IMG/VR virus record: IMGVR_UViG_3300043756_000029 | Span: 1-36,905 of that record | Reading direction: 5' to 3' (one strand) | Length of the DNA stretch: 36,905 nucleotides | From: a virus | Taxonomy: Duplodnaviria > Caudoviricetes | Part shown: positions 33,704-36,905 of the stretch, piece after piece | How positions within the stretch are numbered: the first letter of the stretch is position 1 | How the letters are laid out: each line of letters begins with the position of its first letter | The notes under the pieces: generated by a model | The model's input: the letters and a program-made list of their open reading frames with translations, nothing else | The model's database searches: none | Told to the model about the DNA's origin: nothing | Translations under genes and position numbers: made by a program

Positions 33704-33933
33704 TCTCGGCTGAACTGCTGGCCGCTGTGATCGCGGAACACGGCGTGAAAGAACTCGCCCGGTGGCTGTCGTCGCGCGGCGGCGACCCGATCACCGACGC
33801 GGAGATCCTGGTGAAACTGCGCGTCGATGCCGACAAGGGCATCGCGATCGGGCGCGCGTGGCTGGACGAACACCCGCGCGAACGCGTCGGCCGGCCGGAA
33901 CCCGACACCCGCACGCGGTCGGGTGGCGCGTGA
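33700..33933 (+). CDS. Hypothetical protein, last gene of the late operon
   Basis: ATGA overlap; SD GAGG. Confidence 0.65.
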   Translation: MISAELLAAVIAEHGVKELARWLSSRGGDPITDAEILVKLRVDADKGIAIGRAWLDEHPRERVGRPEPDTRTRSGGA

Positions 33934-33941
33934 TGCTGGGA

Positions 33942-33971
33942 CAGCGGCTAGGTGCCCCCGCCTAGCCGCTG
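33942..33971 (+). terminator. GC-rich hairpin after the late operon
   Basis: CAGCGGCTAGG (33942-33952) / CCTAGCCGCTG (33961-33971); no U-tract. Confidence 0.45.
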
Positions 33972-34074
33972 GCGCGCCCCAGGAACGACGATCGGCGCGG
34001 GCCTGGGGCAACCCTACGCCCCCGCGATCGACGCGCCCCAAGGGGGCGAAATTGGGGATCGGTCGGGGTCGCCG

Positions 34075-34325
34075 TGTACCTAATTTTGTACCCAGTCCGG
34101 GGTCGTTTTCCGTCTTCTATCGTCCTGCATCGTCTTCGACGATCACGCGCGGCCCGACTGGAACTCGCGGCCGCACAGCGACTTAGGTGGACGATGGTGG
34201 ACGATGGTGGACGATGCCGGATCCCGTCTTACAATCACTCGTTGATTGTATGGCATGCCCTAATGTGCTGTGTATGCAATAACTTGCGAAGACGGCCCGC
34301 CGATTGTACCTAATTTTGTACCCAG
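34075..34325. other. Putative intact attP site
   Basis: Identical 21-bp TGTACCTAATTTTGTACCCAG at 34075 and 34305 (paired arm-type sites); 10-bp tandem repeats; core TACAATC-ACTCGTT-GATTGTA (34230-34250); IHF-like ATGCAATAACTTG; tyrosine integrase ~1 kb away. Confidence 0.8.
34187..34216 (+). repeat. GTGGACGATG x3 (candidate Xis/RDF sites); degenerate inverted set at ~34109-34138
   Basis: Perfect 10-bp tandem triplet; CGTC recurs with 10-bp period at 34111, 34121 and 34131. Confidence 0.85.
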
Positions 34326-34335
34326 AGGGGGCACT

Positions 34336-34494
34336 ATGCCGGCCAAGTGGGATCGCTGCGTGGCGAAGGTCAGCGGGAAAGTCGGCAACCCGTACGCGGT
34401 CTGCACGGCTGCGGTGGGGGCGGGGTCGAAGGGGAAGCCGGGCGGGTCGGGGCGGGCGGTACGACGCGGTAGTACCGCCCGCAAGGGGCGCTAG
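34336..34494 (+). CDS. Small basic protein (MPAKWDRCV...NPYAVC)
   Basis: SD GAGGGGG; two-Cys motif; abuts the right attP arm. Confidence 0.6.
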   Translation: MPAKWDRCVAKVSGKVGNPYAVCTAAVGAGSKGKPGGSGRAVRRGSTARKGR

Positions 34495-34727
34495 TCGTCG
34501 TCGGCGAACGTGCCGTCAGCCGCTTCGGCGTCGTAGGCACCCGGCAGGATCGGGAAGGGTTCCAGGCCGTTCGCCTTGCGGCGGTTGTTGATCGCCGTCA
34601 TGCAGATGTCGCAGATCGGCTCGCGGGGGCCGTCGGGGGTGCGGCGGTGCGACGGCACCCGGTCGGGGTTGAACTGGAACAGCCGCCGGCAGACCAGACA
34701 CTCGCCGATCGCGGCTATGTAGCCCAT
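34491..34727 (-). CDS. Small Zn-finger-like protein (CLVC..CDIC)
   Basis: Two CxxC motifs; end of the integrase operon. Confidence 0.7.
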   Translation of the reverse strand: MGYIAAIGECLVCRRLFQFNPDRVPSHRRTPDGPREPICDICMTAINNRRKANGLEPFPILPGAYDAEAADGTFADDD

Positions 34728-34737
34728 GACCTGCCGC

Positions 34738-34959
34738 CTACTTCACCGGGTCGTCGCGGCGGGCGTACCCCCGCTTGCCGACGTCCCGTGTCGTCGTGTG
34801 CTGCTCGACGGCGGCGACCAACCGCGCGGCGACGCCCCGGCTGCACGAAAACTTCAGCATCAACCAGCCGATCTCGTCGCAGCCCGATCGTTCCAGGCCG
34901 CGCCACTGGTCGATGAACTCGCGCGCCAGATCAAGTCGCTCTTTTGTGATCCGTGCCAT
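34738..34959 (-). CDS. Hypothetical protein
   Basis: SD AGGGGG; operon packing. Confidence 0.6.
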   Translation of the reverse strand: MARITKERLDLAREFIDQWRGLERSGCDEIGWLMLKFSCSRGVAARLVAAVEQHTTTRDVGKRGYARRDDPVK

Positions 34960-34969
34960 CGTTCGCCCC

Positions 34970-35317
34970 CTATTCGTCGTCGTCGTCGACGGCGACGATC
35001 GCGACGTCGCCGACGATCTGGTGTGTCACGCCGGGCACACACACGGCGTGATACAGCGCGGTCGCCTTCGCGTTGACCGGCTTGCGCGCCCGCGTGCAGC
35101 GGCGTTCGAAGACGAACCCGTACCCCGGCTGCGGCCCGTGCTGGATCAGTTCGGTGTCGTACCCGTTGTCGTCGACCCACATCAGCCGGCCGTCGCGCAG
35201 GTTGACGTTGTCGAGGGTGGTCGCGCCGATCAGCCGTTCGATGTCGGCGAACTGCGTCTGCCTGTCGACGTCGTGATCTTCCTCGTCGCCGTTGGTCCGA
35301 ATCACGTGCACGTTCAT
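34970..35317 (-). CDS. DUF3846-like protein
   Basis: 'I..LIG....V.L.....MWVDD.G...PVN.KATAL....IVGDV.I'; ATGA overlap with int; SD AGGAGG. Confidence 0.7.
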   Translation of the reverse strand: MNVHVIRTNGDEEDHDVDRQTQFADIERLIGATTLDNVNLRDGRLMWVDDNGYDTELIQHGPQPGYGFVFERRCTRARKPVNAKATALYHAVCVPGVTHQIVGDVAIVAVDDDDE

Positions 35318-36492
35318 CGTTTGCCTCCTTGCACCGCGCGCAGCGGTGCGGCTTCCGGTTCGGCGGCCGGCGGCGTCGGTTCGGCGGTCAGCGCGCCAGA
35401 CGTCGCGGCGACGGCCCGCGCGATTTCGGCGTCGCCGACATGGCCGTACCGCTGCAGCTGATCCAGCCCCTTCCAGCCGGCGAGCGTCTGGATCACACGC
35501 GGGTCGATCGCCTTGTTACCCATCAGCGTGATCCCCGTGTGGCGCATCACGTGATGATGCAGATCGGGCACGCCTGCCGACGTCCACCAGTTCGAAATAC
35601 GGGCCGACAGAACGGCCAACGCCGTCTTGATCTCGTCGTCATTGGCGAAGCCGTCGGGAAAGAACACGTACGGCTGCCGCACGTCGACGACCAGCGCCTG
35701 CAGGTCGCGCATCTGGTCGGGCGTGACCGGCAACCGTTCCGCGAAGCCCCCCTTGCGTCGCGTGGCGATCTCGTTCGTCAGACCGATCAAGTCTTTCGGT
35801 CGCAGCAGGGCGATCTCACGCAGCCGGCCCAGTGACGTCACGGTCAGTTCGCAGATCAGGCGAATGTCGGCCGGGGCGGTTTTCAGCAGCGCCAGTTCGG
35901 CCGCCGTCGCGTGCCGCACGGGCTTTTCGTCGTCGGCCAACTGGGCGTAGGACGCGATCGGGTTCACGTCCAGCCCGGTCGTGCGGCGGTGCTCGACGGC
36001 CCAGGCGAACATGCCCCCGACGACGCCGAAGTGCACGTTCAACGTGCTGGCCTTCAAGGGCCGGCCCCGCCGCTTATCGCTGCGCGCGTGGGCCTTGCCC
36101 TGTTGCTGGTTGCGCCACTTCAGCAGCTGCCATGCCGTGATCTGGTCGATCGACGTGTCGGCCCCCAGGGCGGCGGTCACGCGGCGGATCACGCGCAAGC
36201 CGTAGTTCTTCGCCGTCGCCGGGTACGTCGCGGCGTAGTACTCGCCGTATTCGGTCGCCAGTTCGCCCAGCGTGATCGCGTGGTCGGCGACGTCGGTGCG
36301 GATTAGGCCGCGCTTTTTTTTGTTGTAGCGATCGATCGCCGCGTCTTCGATCTCCTGGGCGATGCGGCGGTCGCTGGTGCCGGTCGAAAACGGCGGCTGC
36401 AGTTTGCCGTCGCGCATGAACTTCGACCAGTACACGTCGTCGCAGCGGCCCTGCTGTTCTTTCGTGTGCTTGCAGCGTTTAAACAGGCTCAT
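35314..36492 (-). CDS. int: Tyrosine integrase
   Basis: Catalytic R ('GRLRE'), K ('RRKGG'), HxxR ('HVMRH'), W ('LAGW'), Y ('QRYGH'); N-terminal arm-binding-like domain; start at ATG 36492 by ATGA coupling. Confidence 0.93.
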   Translation of the reverse strand: MSLFKRCKHTKEQQGRCDDVYWSKFMRDGKLQPPFSTGTSDRRIAQEIEDAAIDRYNKKKRGLIRTDVADHAITLGELATEYGEYYAATYPATAKNYGLRVIRRVTAALGADTSIDQITAWQLLKWRNQQQGKAHARSDKRRGRPLKASTLNVHFGVVGGMFAWAVEHRRTTGLDVNPIASYAQLADDEKPVRHATAAELALLKTAPADIRLICELTVTSLGRLREIALLRPKDLIGLTNEIATRRKGGFAERLPVTPDQMRDLQALVVDVRQPYVFFPDGFANDDEIKTALAVLSARISNWWTSAGVPDLHHHVMRHTGITLMGNKAIDPRVIQTLAGWKGLDQLQRYGHVGDAEIARAVAATSGALTAEPTPPAAEPEAAPLRAVQGGKR

Positions 36493-36695
36493 CGGCGTTC
36501 GTCTCCGTTCGTCCAAAACATAGTGATGATGACGCGGCCGTTGTCGGCGAATCGGACGTCGATCCCGTCGGCGTGGTAGCCGCGCGCGGTCTTCGCGATC
36601 TTGTTCCAGTCGATGTAGTCGGCGTGGCGCGGGTCGAAGTCGAACACGTGCGCGATCGTGCGCGCTTCGGGGGCAGTGGTCAGCGTGTCGCTCAT
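36489..36695 (-). CDS. Hypothetical protein (68 aa)
   Basis: ATGA overlaps at both ends; SD AGGAG. Confidence 0.7.
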   Translation of the reverse strand: MSDTLTTAPEARTIAHVFDFDPRHADYIDWNKIAKTARGYHADGIDVRFADNGRVIITMFWTNGDERR

Positions 36696-36883
36696 TTCTG
36701 ATCTCCTGGGTCCGCGATCGGCGGGGCGTCGTCGAAATACAGCGGCCGGGCGTTCAGCGCCCGATCCAGCTGCATCTTGATCCACGCCTGCCGGTGAATA
36801 TTCAGTCGCGCACATTCGCGGTCGATGGCGCGCAACATGGGGATCGGAAGGTCGACGTTGACGCGTTGAATTTTCGGCTTCAC
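36692..36883 (-). CDS. Ribbon-helix-helix (CopG-like) regulator
   Basis: 'QRVNVDLP..ML..ID..CARLNI.RQAWIK..L' strand-helix-helix pattern. Confidence 0.8.
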   Translation of the reverse strand: MKPKIQRVNVDLPIPMLRAIDRECARLNIHRQAWIKMQLDRALNARPLYFDDAPPIADPGDQK

Positions 36884-36905
36884 GGGGTCGGGGGTGGGGG
36901 GGGGA

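Noticed and set aside
34222-34290. tRNA fragment or dif-like site in attP
   Set aside because: CTTACAA resembles an anticodon loop but has no stem or T-arm; similarity to XerC/XerD arms is too weak
34075-34325. Two 21-bp direct repeats as CRISPR repeats or IS ends
   Set aside because: The 209-bp interval contains core, IHF-like and tandem sites; fits attP, and there is no transposase
1-36905. Frequent CGATCG/GCGATCGC as a HIP1-like signal; alternative genetic code
   Set aside because: Explicable by GCG-ATC-G codon usage and not quantified; TAA, TAG and TGA all terminate well-supported genes
36884-36905. Terminal inverted repeats or telomeres of a linear replicon
   Set aside because: Only low-complexity G/C runs; no protelomerase or protein-primed polymerase; packaging genes point to cos near 10.8 kb

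Overview
Near-complete genome (36.9 kb, GC-rich) of a temperate, HK97-fold, cos-type siphovirus, apparently in the excised (attP-intact) state. The contig ends fall in G/C homopolymer tracts inside one leftward operon that probably continues across the junction. Layout: leftward accessory genes (1-2228); immunity region with an XRE repressor lacking a peptidase domain, a divergent Cro-like gene and a convergent overlapping ORF (2305-3356); rightward early genes (RecT-like annealase, PD-(D/E)XK exonuclease, MT-A70 methyltransferase plus nuclease-fold partner, YdaU/DUF1376 initiator domain, 12-bp iteron array, Xis-family HTH); packaging (HNH, putative cos, terS, three intercalated genes including a SleB-type hydrolase, terL); head (protease-capsid fusion, then portal); neck and tail (TAC with a -1 frameshift, tape measure, LamG-containing hub, two fibre genes sharing an anchor, beta-helix protein); an atypical lysis block; attP (34075-34325); and a leftward tyrosine-integrase operon. 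Main observations: (1) the same 10-bp tandem motif GTGGACGATG occurs in attP and just upstream of the capsid promoter, while the only Xis-family gene sits in the late-regulator slot; (2) an RNA-polymerase alphaCTD-like protein lacking the UP-element-binding residues, paired with a winged-helix-like gene; (3) an antisense ORF overlapping the repressor that resembles the repressor's own C-terminal helical hairpin; (4) a replication initiator apparently separated from its iteron-encoded linker. All family calls are by-eye motif recognition; no searches were run.
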